Positions 52,194 to 61,976 of a stretch of 64,000 bases of DNA are shown here, in pieces. The DNA is from Candidatus Altimarinota bacterium (GTDB lineage Bacteria; Patescibacteriota; Gracilibacteria; UBA4473). Under the pieces are notes generated by a model, which saw only the letters and a program-made list of their open reading frames with translations, did not search any database and was not told the DNA's origin. Position numbers and translations under genes: made by a program. The DNA is taken from assembly GCA_965231215.1 (NCBI GenBank), contig OZ246423.1, positions 832,001 to 896,000 on the forward strand, read 5' to 3'. How positions within the stretch are numbered: the first letter of the stretch is position 1; every line of letters begins with the position of its first letter.

Positions 52194-53111
52194 TTAATGC
52201 ATCATTTTAGTCACGTTTTGGACTTCTTCTTTAGATCCTAAAAAGACGGGACTGGTTTGATGATAGTGTTCCACTTTAGTATCCAAGATATCTGTTCCTT
52301 CTTGATCTTGTCCAATGCCACCGGCTTCTTTCATGATGAAGCTCATCGGAGCACATTCAAACAGCAACCTTAGTTTGCCACTTTCATGTTTAGAATCTCT
52401 TGGATAGCTAAAGACGCCCTGTCCTTTGCATAAAATATGATTAATATCTGGTACCATACCTCCAGAGTAGCGTAGCTTTCGTTGTTGACTGAGCCAGAAA
52501 TCTACCACGGCTTTATACTTAGGGTCTTCGCCATAAGCCCTAAGGTTGCCTGGGGCAAAATATTTTGTATGGGGCTCAATCTGAATATCTGACTGGGTCA
52601 AAATAAACTCTCCTACATCATTGAGTTCAAATTCATGTGTTCCTTTGTCTTTGAGTGCGATAATCAGAGTGATCCGTGGTCCATAAACAGCAAAGCAGGC
52701 AGCAACCATGTTATCGCCCACACGGTGCCCCAAAAGCTCAGGTTTTTCCCAAATTCCAAAGATAGAGCCAATAGAGAGATTGGCATCCACTAGTGAACTT
52801 CCGTCTAATGGGTCATAGGCCACAAAGTAGTTTCCTCTATGCGCTTCGTATTCAATACAGGTTTCTTGTTCTTCACTGGCAATAACTTTAGCGAGTTGAG
52901 ATTTTTCTAGCTCGGTTGAAATGATTTTATCAGCCAGTACGTCCATAGCCATTTGATCTTCGCCAAAGGTATTTTGGGTGGCAATTTTTTCAGTATTTCC
53001 GGCTCGGATAGAGAAGTTAATGTATTTAACGCTTCTGGCTACGTGGTAGAGCAAACTACGAACGTCCCATTCCGCACCGCGTTCCCGAAGAAAATGATTG
53101 AAAGAAAGCAT
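52194..53111 (-). CDS. fbp: Class I fructose-1,6-bisphosphatase
   Basis: SEE, DPLDGSS, LRYSGGMVPD, GKLRLLFEC. Confidence 0.93.
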   Translation of the reverse strand: MLSFNHFLRERGAEWDVRSLLYHVARSVKYINFSIRAGNTEKIATQNTFGEDQMAMDVLADKIISTELEKSQLAKVIASEEQETCIEYEAHRGNYFVAYDPLDGSSLVDANLSIGSIFGIWEKPELLGHRVGDNMVAACFAVYGPRITLIIALKDKGTHEFELNDVGEFILTQSDIQIEPHTKYFAPGNLRAYGEDPKYKAVVDFWLSQQRKLRYSGGMVPDINHILCKGQGVFSYPRDSKHESGKLRLLFECAPMSFIMKEAGGIGQDQEGTDILDTKVEHYHQTSPVFLGSKEEVQNVTKMMH

Positions 53112-53175
53112 GGATCAAATAGATTTGTGAGTAATTTTAGATTATATTTTTTGAGCTAAAAATAAACTTTTTTAA

Positions 53176-53634
53176 ATGAAATACTGGTTGTTTAAGTCGG
53201 AGCCTAGTTGTTATTCAATAGACGATTTAAAACGCGATAAAGTGGAACACTGGGATGGAGTACGAAACTACCAAGCCCGAAATATGCTCAGAGATGAATG
53301 CGGGGTAGGGGATTTAATAATTTATTACCACTCTAGCTGTAAAGTGCCCGCCGCTGTAGGCATAGCTGAAGTGGTGACAAATGGGTATCCAGATCATACG
53401 GCTTTTGACCCAAATTCCGCCCATCCAGATTTATCTTCTGATCCCGAAAATCCACGGTGGTATATGGTAGACGTAAAGTTTGTGTCTAAGTTTGCCCGTC
53501 CTGTTAGCCTCAAAGCCATGAAAGACAGGGCAGAATTAGCTGATATGCGGTTGCTACAAAGAGGGAATAGATTGAGCTTGTTTCCCATAGAAAAAGCCCA
53601 TTTTGAGCTGATTAAACATTTGGGGAGGGCATAA
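53176..53634 (+). CDS. EVE domain protein
   Basis: YWLFKSEP, WDGVRNYQARN, YHS, RLS. Confidence 0.92.
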   Translation: MKYWLFKSEPSCYSIDDLKRDKVEHWDGVRNYQARNMLRDECGVGDLIIYYHSSCKVPAAVGIAEVVTNGYPDHTAFDPNSAHPDLSSDPENPRWYMVDVKFVSKFARPVSLKAMKDRAELADMRLLQRGNRLSLFPIEKAHFELIKHLGRA

Positions 53635-53658
53635 AAAAAGCGCCAGATGGCGCTTTTT
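53633..53658. terminator. Bidirectional terminator ending the rpsJ-rpsC transcript
   Basis: AAAAAAAGCGCC-AGAT-GGCGCTTTTT. Confidence 0.88.
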
Positions 53659-53681
53659 ATTTAATTCAGTATTTTGAGGGA

Positions 53682-54326
53682 TTATTCCCCTAGTTTTTCG
53701 TTTTTGAATACGAGTCCGTGATATACCCATACTTTGATCCCGATCATCCCGTACATGGTAGGAGCTTCGGCTGTAGCGTAATCAATGTTAGCTCGCAGGG
53801 TATGGAGTGGCACGGTTCCATGGTTGTAGGTTTCTTTTCGGGCAATGTCTACTCCGTTGAGACGTCCAGAAACAATTACTTTTACCCCTTTTACTCCAGA
53901 ATCTTTAGCTTTATCAACGGCCATTTTTACGACTCGTCGGTACGGGAAACGTCGACTGATTTGGTCGGCGATATTATCGGCAATAAGCTGAGCGTTAGCT
54001 TCTGGTTTTCGGATTTCTTGTACATTGGCTTCAAAGATTTCACCAAAGGTAGCTTTAAGATCTTTTGAGAGTTGTTGGATTTCTTCTCCACCTCGTCCTA
54101 CGATCATTCCTGGTTTAGCGGCGTGAAGGACAACACTAATTTTTCCAGCACTTCTAATGATTTCAATCTTAGAAACACCAGCGTTTTTGTAACGCTTTTT
54201 GAGGTATTTTTTGATCTCTAGATCTTGTAGAAATTTATCTTGGTAATCTCGTTTTGCGTACCATCGAGAATTCCAGGTACGAGTGATTCCAATACGAAGC
54301 GAATGCGGTGAAACTTTTTTTCCCAT
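53682..54326 (-). CDS. rpsC: 30S ribosomal protein S3
   Basis: MGKKVSP, SGRLNG, VPLHTLRA. Confidence 0.97.
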   Translation of the reverse strand: MGKKVSPHSLRIGITRTWNSRWYAKRDYQDKFLQDLEIKKYLKKRYKNAGVSKIEIIRSAGKISVVLHAAKPGMIVGRGGEEIQQLSKDLKATFGEIFEANVQEIRKPEANAQLIADNIADQISRRFPYRRVVKMAVDKAKDSGVKGVKVIVSGRLNGVDIARKETYNHGTVPLHTLRANIDYATAEAPTMYGMIGIKVWVYHGLVFKNEKLGE

Positions 54327-54658
54327 TAGGCTTTTTTAGGTTCTAGAGTAATAGAAATATTAGAAGTAGGTTTTTGGATTGGTAGAGCTCTTCCTCGAGC
54401 TGAAGGTTGGTATCTTTTGTAGGCAGGACCTTTATTTATAATGATTTCCTTAATCACTAAGTTTTCTCTTTTTTGATTATCATTGTTTTCAGCATTAGCT
54501 ACGGCTGAAGTCAGTACTTTGAACAGTACTTGCGCCGCTTTTTTGGGGGTAAATCGAAGAATATCAAGGGATTCTTCCGCGTTTTTTCCACGAATGAGTC
54601 CAGCCACAATATTGGCTTTCCTTGGGGATATCTGAATTCGTCTGAGATGTGCTTTCAT
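54326..54658 (-). CDS. rplV: 50S ribosomal protein L22
   Basis: ISPRKA, SAVANA, ARGRA. Confidence 0.96.
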   Translation of the reverse strand: MKAHLRRIQISPRKANIVAGLIRGKNAEESLDILRFTPKKAAQVLFKVLTSAVANAENNDNQKRENLVIKEIIINKGPAYKRYQPSARGRALPIQKPTSNISITLEPKKA

Positions 54659-54685
54659 TTAAGTTTTAGTTGGACTGATTTTTAA

Positions 54686-54955
54686 TTATTTAGCGAGTTT
54701 TCCTCCATGAGCTCGGAACCGTCTGGTTGGAGCAAATTCTCCGAGTTTATGACCTACCATGAATTCTGTACAGAATACGGGGATATGTTCCTTCCCATTG
54801 TGAACACCGAAAGTGTGACCAATAAATTCAGGAGAAATAGTAGATTTTCTAGACCAAGTTTTAATCACTCGTTTTTGTCCAGAAGCGTCCATCTCCTTAA
54901 TTTTTTTAAGAAGAATTGGATCAATATACGGGCCTTTTTTTGCGGAACGGGTCAT
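54686..54955 (-). CDS. rpsS: 30S ribosomal protein S19
   Basis: [22 protein letters not shown]. Confidence 0.97.
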   Translation of the reverse strand: MTRSAKKGPYIDPILLKKIKEMDASGQKRVIKTWSRKSTISPEFIGHTFGVHNGKEHIPVFCTEFMVGHKLGEFAPTRRFRAHGGKLAK

Positions 54956-54972
54956 GAATGTAAATTAATTAA

Positions 54973-55818
54973 TTATTTCTTTTTGGCTCTGTGACGAGAG
55001 ACAATAATAAGTTTATCACTGTTTTTATGTCGTGCTCGGGTTTTAACGCCTAGAGCGTGAGCACCCCATGGTGTTTTTGGGTATTTCATCCCGATAGGAG
55101 AACCTCCTTCACCCCCTCCATGTGGATGGTCATTCGGGTTCATGGCTTTACCACGAACGGTAGGTTTACGACCAGCATTTCTTACTCTTCCAGCTTTACC
55201 AATTCGCTGTTGGTTGTGTTCTTCGTTAGAGACAATACCAATAGTGGCAAAGTTGGTTTTTTCAACGTATCTAATTTCTCCAGAAGGGAGTTGTACTTGC
55301 GCTTTTTCTCCGTCCAGAGAAACGAGGGTCGCATATTGACCAGCCGCACGTACGACTTGTCCGCCTTTGTTTGGAGTAATTTCTACGTTGTGGATACTGT
55401 ATCCTACGGGAATGCTCTGAAGTTGCATTCGGTTTCCTTCTTTAATCTTAGCTTTAGTATCTGTAACGGTCTCATCTCCTACTTTGGCGTTTTTATGAGC
55501 CAGAATATACCTTTTGTCACCATCCTTGTAGTGGACAAGTGCGATAAAACACGTTCGTTTTGGATCGTATTCAAGAGCAGCGATCTTCCCTGGGATTCCC
55601 AGTTTTTCAGTTCCGCTAAAGTCTACTTTTCTCCAGTGAGAGCGAGTACCACCCCCTCGGTGTCGAATGGTAATAGTTCCTTTAGATCTACCAGCTAGTT
55701 TTTTACTCTTTTTGAGAAGCGCTTTGTTGGTAGGTTTTTTGGCTGTGACCTGAGCATTATCAGTATAGCTCGTGTCTCTTTGTCCATTCGTAGTCGGTTT
55801 TCGATTTACAATAGCCAT
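54973..55818 (-). CDS. rplB: 50S ribosomal protein L2
   Basis: RHRGGG, EYDP, VRGKAMNPNDHPHGGGEG. Confidence 0.98.
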   Translation of the reverse strand: MAIVNRKPTTNGQRDTSYTDNAQVTAKKPTNKALLKKSKKLAGRSKGTITIRHRGGGTRSHWRKVDFSGTEKLGIPGKIAALEYDPKRTCFIALVHYKDGDKRYILAHKNAKVGDETVTDTKAKIKEGNRMQLQSIPVGYSIHNVEITPNKGGQVVRAAGQYATLVSLDGEKAQVQLPSGEIRYVEKTNFATIGIVSNEEHNQQRIGKAGRVRNAGRKPTVRGKAMNPNDHPHGGGEGGSPIGMKYPKTPWGAHALGVKTRARHKNSDKLIIVSRHRAKKK

Positions 55819-56105
55819 TATTTCATATCATTAAAGTTGAGAGTGCTCCCAGACTTGAGCGTTACAGTTGCTTTTTTGTAAGCCGCTCGTTTTTCAATAA
55901 GTCTTCCACGTCCAACCATTCTTTCTTTTGGTCGAGCGTTAGTGATGTTTACCGCTACGATGTCTACACCGTAGAAATGTTCTACGGCCATCTTAACATC
56001 TTTTTTATTAGCTTCTGGGTGTACTTGGAAAGTATATTTCCCAGGCGCAGCCACCGTTTTTTCTGTGACGATTGGAGCGATAAGAACGTTATCTGTACGG
56101 ATCAT
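55818..56105 (-). CDS. rplW: 50S ribosomal protein L23
   Basis: PIVTEK, YTFQV, KKATVTL. Confidence 0.95.
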   Translation of the reverse strand: MIRTDNVLIAPIVTEKTVAAPGKYTFQVHPEANKKDVKMAVEHFYGVDIVAVNITNARPKERMVGRGRLIEKRAAYKKATVTLKSGSTLNFNDMK

Positions 56106-56107
56106 GA

Positions 56108-56743
56108 TTAGTTACTTTTAGATAAGAAAGTTTGTTCTACTACTTCAAGGGAATCCTCTAGGAAGATTACTTGGTCAGCGAGCAATACATCGTATGGGTT
56201 TAGGTAAGAAGCTAGAATTGTGCTTACCCCTGGAATATTGTTACAAGATTTTTCAAAGTTCTCGTCTTTAGCTCCAAGGACGAAAAGATGTTTTTTACCT
56301 TCTGGAAGTTTTCCCAGTAGTGAAACCATCGTTTTAGTTTTTGGAGTTTCAAGTTTAAGATTTTGCAGTACTGATACTTTTTCATCTTTTACTTGAGATG
56401 AGAGCGAAGCAAAGAGGGCCGCTCTTCGTTCTTTTTTGGGCATAGACTTCTCAAAGTGAGCGGTGTTTCGTGGACCATGAGTGACCCCACCACCCCGAAG
56501 GATGTTTGTGCTTCGAGCGCCTCTACGGGCGTTCCCTGTCCCTTTTTGTCGAAAGAGTTTTTTAGTAGAATAGGCGACTTCTCCTCGAGTCTTAGTATGA
56601 GCGATAGGATTTCTTCGGTTGGCGAGTCTCATAACAATCGCACGATGCATAAGATCGGCATTGATTTTGGCACCAAAGATTGCGTCAGACACGTCCTTGC
56701 TTCCTTTTTTACTTCCGTCAGCCGCGTATAGGTTAACTTTCAT
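56108..56743 (-). CDS. rplD: 50S ribosomal protein L4
   Basis: TKTRGEV, RQKGTGNAR, GGGVTHGP. Confidence 0.96.
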   Translation of the reverse strand: MKVNLYAADGSKKGSKDVSDAIFGAKINADLMHRAIVMRLANRRNPIAHTKTRGEVAYSTKKLFRQKGTGNARRGARSTNILRGGGVTHGPRNTAHFEKSMPKKERRAALFASLSSQVKDEKVSVLQNLKLETPKTKTMVSLLGKLPEGKKHLFVLGAKDENFEKSCNNIPGVSTILASYLNPYDVLLADQVIFLEDSLEVVEQTFLSKSN

Positions 56744-56747
56744 GAGA

Positions 56748-57338
56748 TTAGTCTGCGCGAATAAATACAAAACTATTTTTAGCTCCAGGAACAGCCCCTT
56801 TTAGAGCAATCAGATTATTTTTTGAGTCAATGTGAATCACTTTTACTCCTCGGAGAGTTACTTGATCACTTCCATAATGCCCCGGAAGTTTTTTCCCTTT
56901 GTTTACTCGGGCTGGTTTAGCACAAGTACCAATAGATCCAGGTTCACGATGATGATGAGAACCATGAGTTTCAGGCCCTCGAGAAAAGTTGTGTCGTTTA
57001 ATGACTCCGGCAAAACCACGCCCTTTAGAGGTTCCAGTGATTTTAACGGTTTCCACGCCTTCAAGTTGAGCGACCGTCATTTTGTCTCCCTTTTTGCAGG
57101 CTTGAGTGTCATCAAGTTGTAGTTCTTGAATGTGTTTATAGTTCTTGTTCGTGTTCTTTCTTTGTTTCGTACGAGGAAAACCAGCAAGTACCGCCGCACT
57201 GTATCCATCACGGTCTTGAGTTTTTACTTGAAGCACGGTGTTTTCAGGCGCTTCGAGTAGTGTCACAGGTGTTACTTTCCCAGATTCTGGGCAAATCACT
57301 CGAGACATTCCGACTTTTCGGGCAATAATTCCTTTCAT
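56748..57338 (-). CDS. rplC: 50S ribosomal protein L3
   Basis: KVGM, SKGRGFAGVIKRH, HGS...PGSIG. Confidence 0.97.
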   Translation of the reverse strand: MKGIIARKVGMSRVICPESGKVTPVTLLEAPENTVLQVKTQDRDGYSAAVLAGFPRTKQRKNTNKNYKHIQELQLDDTQACKKGDKMTVAQLEGVETVKITGTSKGRGFAGVIKRHNFSRGPETHGSHHHREPGSIGTCAKPARVNKGKKLPGHYGSDQVTLRGVKVIHIDSKNNLIALKGAVPGAKNSFVFIRAD

Positions 57339-57426
57339 GGTTTAAATCTTATTTTATGAGGGGATGTGTGAGAGGTTGTAAAGGTTCCAACATCACGCCT
57401 CGGAAATTCAATTGATTTTGTATAAT

Positions 57427-57789
57427 TTAGGCGGTGAGCATTTTAATTTCTACGTCTACTCCGCCAGGAAGGCTTAGATTTTGTAACGATTCGATCGTTT
57501 TTGGTGTAGGTTCTTTAATATCAATGAGCCGTTTATGAGTACGAATTTCGTACTGATCACGAGCGTCTTTATTAACAAAAAATGATCGATTCACTGTGTA
57601 TTTCTTAATTTTAGTAGGCAACGGAATCGGGCCAGAAACAATAGAACCGTTTCTTTCAGCCGTTTCTACAATTGACTTAGCGGCTTCATCAATGATGGTG
57701 TAATCGAATGATCTAACGATAATTCTTACACGAGAAACTGTAGTTTCTTTAGTTTTTGCCGAATTCTTGGTAGTTGATTTTGTTGCCAT
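57427..57789 (-). CDS. rpsJ: 30S ribosomal protein S10
   Basis: [16 protein letters not shown]. Confidence 0.97.
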   Translation of the reverse strand: MATKSTTKNSAKTKETTVSRVRIIVRSFDYTIIDEAAKSIVETAERNGSIVSGPIPLPTKIKKYTVNRSFFVNKDARDQYEIRTHKRLIDIKEPTPKTIESLQNLSLPGGVDVEIKMLTA

Positions 57790-57813
57790 GTGCCTATACA
57801 AAAGAGCCAGCGG

Positions 57814-57841
57814 AATATAGGTTTCCGGTCTTTACTGTCAA
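57814..57841 (-). promoter_or_regulatory. Promoter of rpsJ-rpsC
   Basis: Minus strand TTGACA-16 bp-TATATT followed by CCGCTGG. Confidence 0.7.
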
Positions 57842-57852
57842 ATCTTTTTTAT

Positions 57853-57980
57853 GTAAAAACACTGAAAAATGCCGAACTTTGGCGTTGCCCTAAAAGTTTC
57901 CTCAAACGCCTATGCTAAACTATAGGCTTATCTGCGGTACTTTTGGGCGCCTTAAATTTCTTGTTTTTGAGTGTTTTTAC
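57853..57980. repeat. Palindromic RPE-like miniature element between divergent promoters
   Basis: GTAAAAACACT...AGTGTTTTTAC termini; inner GCCTAT/ATAGGC hairpin; CCTCA...CTGCGG core. Confidence 0.55.
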
Positions 57981-58058
57981 TGCAAAAAGTACTCTATTTC
58001 ATTTTTTGTTTTTTCTACAAAAGTGTGTTATAATGCAGGGTGATTAATTTTTAAAACC

Positions 58059-58430
58059 ATGGCCGACGAAAACCAAAACCAAAATAACGCTGAAGCTCCT
58101 CAGCCAAATGAAAGAGAGCAAGAAAAAGAACAGATCAAAGCCGCCATCGAAGATTCAAAAAAAACGAAACAGCAAGAAATAACCGAAATTGTCCGATATC
58201 CAGCTCTAAAGATGGTTATCCGATTTGCTAAAATGGCCGGAATCATCCTTCTTGTATTTTTCTGGATCGTAGCGATTGTTCAGCTTTTTGTAGCTGAAAC
58301 TTGGGGGGAAGCTATCTTTTACTTCTTTATCTGTTTTATGTTCGGGATCCTTCACTTTATATTGGGGTGGTTCCTAGGGGATTATGTTCAACTTCAGATT
58401 GATATTGAAGAAAATACCCGAAATAAATAA
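58059..58430 (+). CDS. 2-TM membrane protein, paralog 1
   Basis: EIVRYPALK, two TM segments, IDIEEN. Confidence 0.75.
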   Translation: MADENQNQNNAEAPQPNEREQEKEQIKAAIEDSKKTKQQEITEIVRYPALKMVIRFAKMAGIILLVFFWIVAIVQLFVAETWGEAIFYFFICFMFGILHFILGWFLGDYVQLQIDIEENTRNK

Positions 58431-58460
58431 ACCCTTTTTAAAACCAATAACTTAAAAACC

Positions 58461-58832
58461 ATGTCAGACGAAAACCAAAACGAAAATACTGCACCAGCTG
58501 CAGATCAAAAAGCTGAAGAAAAGGCTCAAGTAGAAAAGGCGATTAATGAATCGCGAAAAACTACAGAACAAGAGCTGGCCGAGATTGTAAGGTATCCAGC
58601 CCTTAAATTTATTATCCGATTCGCCAAAGTAATGGCTATTACTTTCGCTATCCTTTTTGTGATCATCGCCATTGTGATGTTCATTAGCGGATGGTTCCTC
58701 GAAGGGTTAGTAAACTTTATTCTTTTTCTCTCTATTGGCGTTGTGCTTTCAGCACTTACTTGGTGTTTTGGAGACTTCTTCCAATTGCTCATCGATATTG
58801 AAGAGAATGGCCGGAAAAACATAAAAAAGTAA
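58461..58832 (+). CDS. 2-TM membrane protein, paralog 2 (tandem duplicate)
   Basis: Same length (123 aa) and the same motifs as 58059..58430. Confidence 0.75.
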   Translation: MSDENQNENTAPAADQKAEEKAQVEKAINESRKTTEQELAEIVRYPALKFIIRFAKVMAITFAILFVIIAIVMFISGWFLEGLVNFILFLSIGVVLSALTWCFGDFFQLLIDIEENGRKNIKK

Positions 58833-58881
58833 TTTATCAATTTGGAGGGGGAGGCTTTTTCGGGCTTCCCTCTTTTTTACA

Positions 58882-59976
58882 ATGCAAGAAGCAACGGAGC
58901 AGAGTGGTTTTGAGATTCCTGAGTCGATTAATGAAAACTCAGTGGCTCTTTTTATGGCTGAACATCCAGATTTGCACTCGGGAGTTCCACTTAATATAAC
59001 TAAAGGAATCGCCTTTTTTTTAGTAAAAAAAGACTATTTGAATTCAGAAAATTTTTTAGCCGTTACTGCTAGAGCTGTGAAGCTTATCAATACTTTATAT
59101 TCTTTGATAGGAGAGGACTACTTTAAGTCTAATGTCTTTAGGTATGTTACTGATCGTGAGAACCCATTTGAGGTCTTGGACAGTATTAAAAGTAATGCGC
59201 AGTTCTGGGTTGATATTTATGGGCCGGATTTTTTTAAACGTTATAGTCCTCGTTCAAAAGAGCGAAAAACGCAACTAAGAGCTGATATTGATGATGATTT
59301 TTATTTATCGGCTAAAGGGGGTAACGGTGTGACTAATTTTGGCTTAGATTTGGCTATTGGGGTAAAGTCTCATAAAGTGGCTCCTAATATTCCGAAAGGG
59401 GAGATTTGGCGAATGGGGATGGATACTGAGGTAGTTGAGGATGAACGAATCTTAAGAGTGATTCAGAGTGGATCAGGCGTTCGCCAATCAGCCAAAGGGT
59501 TCGAAGATAAGTCGAAAATGTTTGATAAGTTTAAGAAGCGCTACAAGATTACGCCGCAACGATTATTGGCTTTAATGTCACTGTATGTTGGACATGATTT
59601 GGGATTTGAGCGTGCCCGATCGGTAACACTTTATGGTATTCGGCAAAAGCGTTTAAATTTGACTCAAGGAAGTTGGATTAACTTTGACTATGATGGCCTA
59701 TTTGGGGGTGTTGGATTTCAGAAAACTGACAGTCTTATTTGGAGGGAAACCAACGTTGGTAAGGGATTTTATGATGGCTTAACTGGCAGAGATGGTAGTT
59801 GTTCAGGGCTACAGATACATGAAGTTAAGGCTTTAGATTTAGCCATCAGATCTTTTAATGAATTAAGAGATGTTCTAGATGAAACCCATAGAAATCCAAT
59901 TAGGCTATGTGAAGATGACACCCGAGAGTCTGTGGCAGAGGCGATGAAAGCTTTTGCGAAAATTCATAGAAAATAA
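58882..59976 (+). CDS. Hypothetical protein with a possible VirK/YbjX (DUF535)-like C-terminus
   Basis: PQRLL...LGF...V...FDYDGLFGGVG. Confidence 0.4.
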   Translation: MQEATEQSGFEIPESINENSVALFMAEHPDLHSGVPLNITKGIAFFLVKKDYLNSENFLAVTARAVKLINTLYSLIGEDYFKSNVFRYVTDRENPFEVLDSIKSNAQFWVDIYGPDFFKRYSPRSKERKTQLRADIDDDFYLSAKGGNGVTNFGLDLAIGVKSHKVAPNIPKGEIWRMGMDTEVVEDERILRVIQSGSGVRQSAKGFEDKSKMFDKFKKRYKITPQRLLALMSLYVGHDLGFERARSVTLYGIRQKRLNLTQGSWINFDYDGLFGGVGFQKTDSLIWRETNVGKGFYDGLTGRDGSCSGLQIHEVKALDLAIRSFNELRDVLDETHRNPIRLCEDDTRESVAEAMKAFAKIHRK

Positions 59977-60005
59977 AAAGACCGCCAACTTGGCGGTCTT
60001 TTTTT
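59975..60005. terminator. Bidirectional terminator ending tuf
   Basis: AAAAAGACCGCC-AACTT-GGCGGTCTTTTTTT. Confidence 0.9.
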
Positions 60006-60025
60006 ATAGTTAAGCGGTCTAAGAA

Positions 60026-61222
60026 CTACTTAAGAATTTTAGTTGCTACTCCGGCTCCTACAGTTCGACCTCCTTCTCGGATGGCGAATCGAGTTCCTTC
60101 GTTAAGGGCAATAGCTTTTCCAAGTGTTACTTTGAATTTAGCGTTGTCCCCAGGCATAACCATTTCAACTCCGTCTGGAAGGTGAATTTCACCAGTCACA
60201 TCCGTAGTTCGGATAAAGAATTGAGGTTTGTAGCCTTTGAAGAATGGAGTGTGTCGTCCTCCTTCTTCTTTTTTAAGTACGTATACTTCAGCTTCAAATT
60301 CAGTATGTGGTGTGATAGTTCCAGGTTTAGCCAGTACTTGTCCACGTTCAATATCTTCTCGTTCAACCCCTCGTAGTAGAAGACCGGCATTATCTCCAGC
60401 TTCTCCTTGGTCTAGAAGTTTTCGGAACATTTCTACTCCAGTAACAGTCGTAGAGGTAGTGTCTTTAAGTCCTACAATTTCAATAGTATCACCCACTTTA
60501 ATGATTCCTTGTTCAATACGTCCAGTAGCCACGGTACCTCGTCCTTTAATAGAGAATACATCTTCAACTGGCATAAGGAAGTCTTTATCAGTGTCTCGTT
60601 TTGGTTCTGGAATTTCAGAATCAAGAGCATCTAGAAGTTCTTTAACTTTGTCTCCCCATTCGCCTCCTGGTTCTTCAAGTGCTTTAAGGGCAGATCCATG
60701 AACGATGATAGCGTTATCACCATCGTATTCTCGTTTAGAAAGTTCTTCTCGAATTTCCATTTCAACCAGTTCGATCATTTCAGCGTCATCAACCATGTCA
60801 CATTTGTTCAGGAAGACCACGATTTTTTCTACCCCTACTTGCCGAGCCAGAAGGATGTGTTCTTTAGTTTGCGGCATTGGACCATCAGTCGCAGCACACA
60901 CAAGGATGGCTCCGTCCATTTGGGCGGCACCCGTAATCATGTTTTTAACGTAATCGGCATGACCAGGACAATCTACATGAGCGTAGTGACGTCCTTCGGT
61001 TTCATACTCTTGATGAGAAGTAGCAATAGTAATACCTCGAGCTTTTTCTTCTGGAGCGTTATCAATTTGATCGAAAGCTACAGATTTGTTACCCGGAAGG
61101 TCTGGATAACGATTGTGAGCTACAGCTGTAATAGCGGCAGTCAAAGTTGTTTTACCGTGATCCACGTGACCGATAGTTCCCACGTTCACGTGCGGTTTGG
61201 TTCTTTGGTAAGCATCTGACAT
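60026..61222 (-). CDS. tuf: Elongation factor Tu
   Basis: [23 protein letters not shown]. Confidence 0.99.
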   Translation of the reverse strand: MSDAYQRTKPHVNVGTIGHVDHGKTTLTAAITAVAHNRYPDLPGNKSVAFDQIDNAPEEKARGITIATSHQEYETEGRHYAHVDCPGHADYVKNMITGAAQMDGAILVCAATDGPMPQTKEHILLARQVGVEKIVVFLNKCDMVDDAEMIELVEMEIREELSKREYDGDNAIIVHGSALKALEEPGGEWGDKVKELLDALDSEIPEPKRDTDKDFLMPVEDVFSIKGRGTVATGRIEQGIIKVGDTIEIVGLKDTTSTTVTGVEMFRKLLDQGEAGDNAGLLLRGVEREDIERGQVLAKPGTITPHTEFEAEVYVLKKEEGGRHTPFFKGYKPQFFIRTTDVTGEIHLPDGVEMVMPGDNAKFKVTLGKAIALNEGTRFAIREGGRTVGAGVATKILK

Positions 61223-61282
61223 TTTAGATGTGGGTTAAGAGAAATAAATAAAATGTAAAATAAAGATGATTTTAACGGGCCG

Positions 61283-61310
61283 ATTCTAAAAATGGGCAGG
61301 GTTTTGTCAA
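61283..61310 (-). promoter_or_regulatory. tuf promoter
   Basis: Minus strand TTGACA-16 bp-TAGAAT followed by CGGCCCG. Confidence 0.75.
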
Positions 61311-61331
61311 AGTTTTTTTTGAGCCTAACCA

Positions 61332-61976
61332 TTATAGTAAATAGTCGGGCAGTTCCAAGATATTATTGAGTACTTTTTTGCTTTTCGAAAAATCTTGGCT
61401 TTGAGTCAGTTCTGTAGGGATGACCCAACACTCAATTCCAGCTTTAGTGGCCGCCTCTAAACCTCTGGCAGAATCCTCAATAACTAAGGCTTCTTCAGGC
61501 TTTACTCCAGCTTTTTGCAATGCGAGCAGATAAGGTTCTGGGTCTGGTTTGGTATGCTTAACATCTGCTTGATCTACTACAAAATCAATATAATTGAGGC
61601 ATTGGGTTTGGGCGTGAATGAGCTGAAAGTGCTCCCGTTCAGACCCCGTGACAATTCCAAGAGTGTATTTTTGAGACTGATGAAGTTGTTTGAGTATATC
61701 TTCAGCTCCAGGAAGGCTTTTGAGTTGGGTTCTAATAAAACGGCTATAAAGATCATCCCTCTTTTTTCTCAGGGATGGAGCGGCTGATGTATCGGCTCCT
61801 TGCTGGGTTAAAAACCCCGCTATTCCAGTACAGTGTGACATAAAATGTTGAGCGTAATCCTTTCTGGTAAAATCAAATCCCTGTTCGGCGAGAGCGTCTT
61901 GGGTGGCCTTGCAATAAAGCTCTTCGGTATCAACCAAGATTCCATCGTTATCAAAGAAAATAGCTTTCTTATTCAT
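61332..61976 (-). CDS. HAD-superfamily phosphatase (beta-PGM-like)
   Basis: FDNDGILVDT, KPDPEPY, IEDS..G. Confidence 0.88.
   Translation of the reverse strand: MNKKAIFFDNDGILVDTEELYCKATQDALAEQGFDFTRKDYAQHFMSHCTGIAGFLTQQGADTSAAPSLRKKRDDLYSRFIRTQLKSLPGAEDILKQLHQSQKYTLGIVTGSEREHFQLIHAQTQCLNYIDFVVDQADVKHTKPDPEPYLLALQKAGVKPEEALVIEDSARGLEAATKAGIECWVIPTELTQSQDFSKSKKVLNNILELPDYLL

Noticed and set aside
41601-53680. Recombination repeats at the ends of the inferred inversion (TTTATTTA..TCAGT..TTTTG.GGG near 41601 and 53656)
   Set aside because: The similarity is gapped, AT-rich and in direct rather than inverted orientation, so there is no evidence of active switching
53718-61219. Long antisense ORFs over ribosomal protein genes and tuf
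   Set aside because: Shadow frames of conserved, codon-biased genes with no protein motifs
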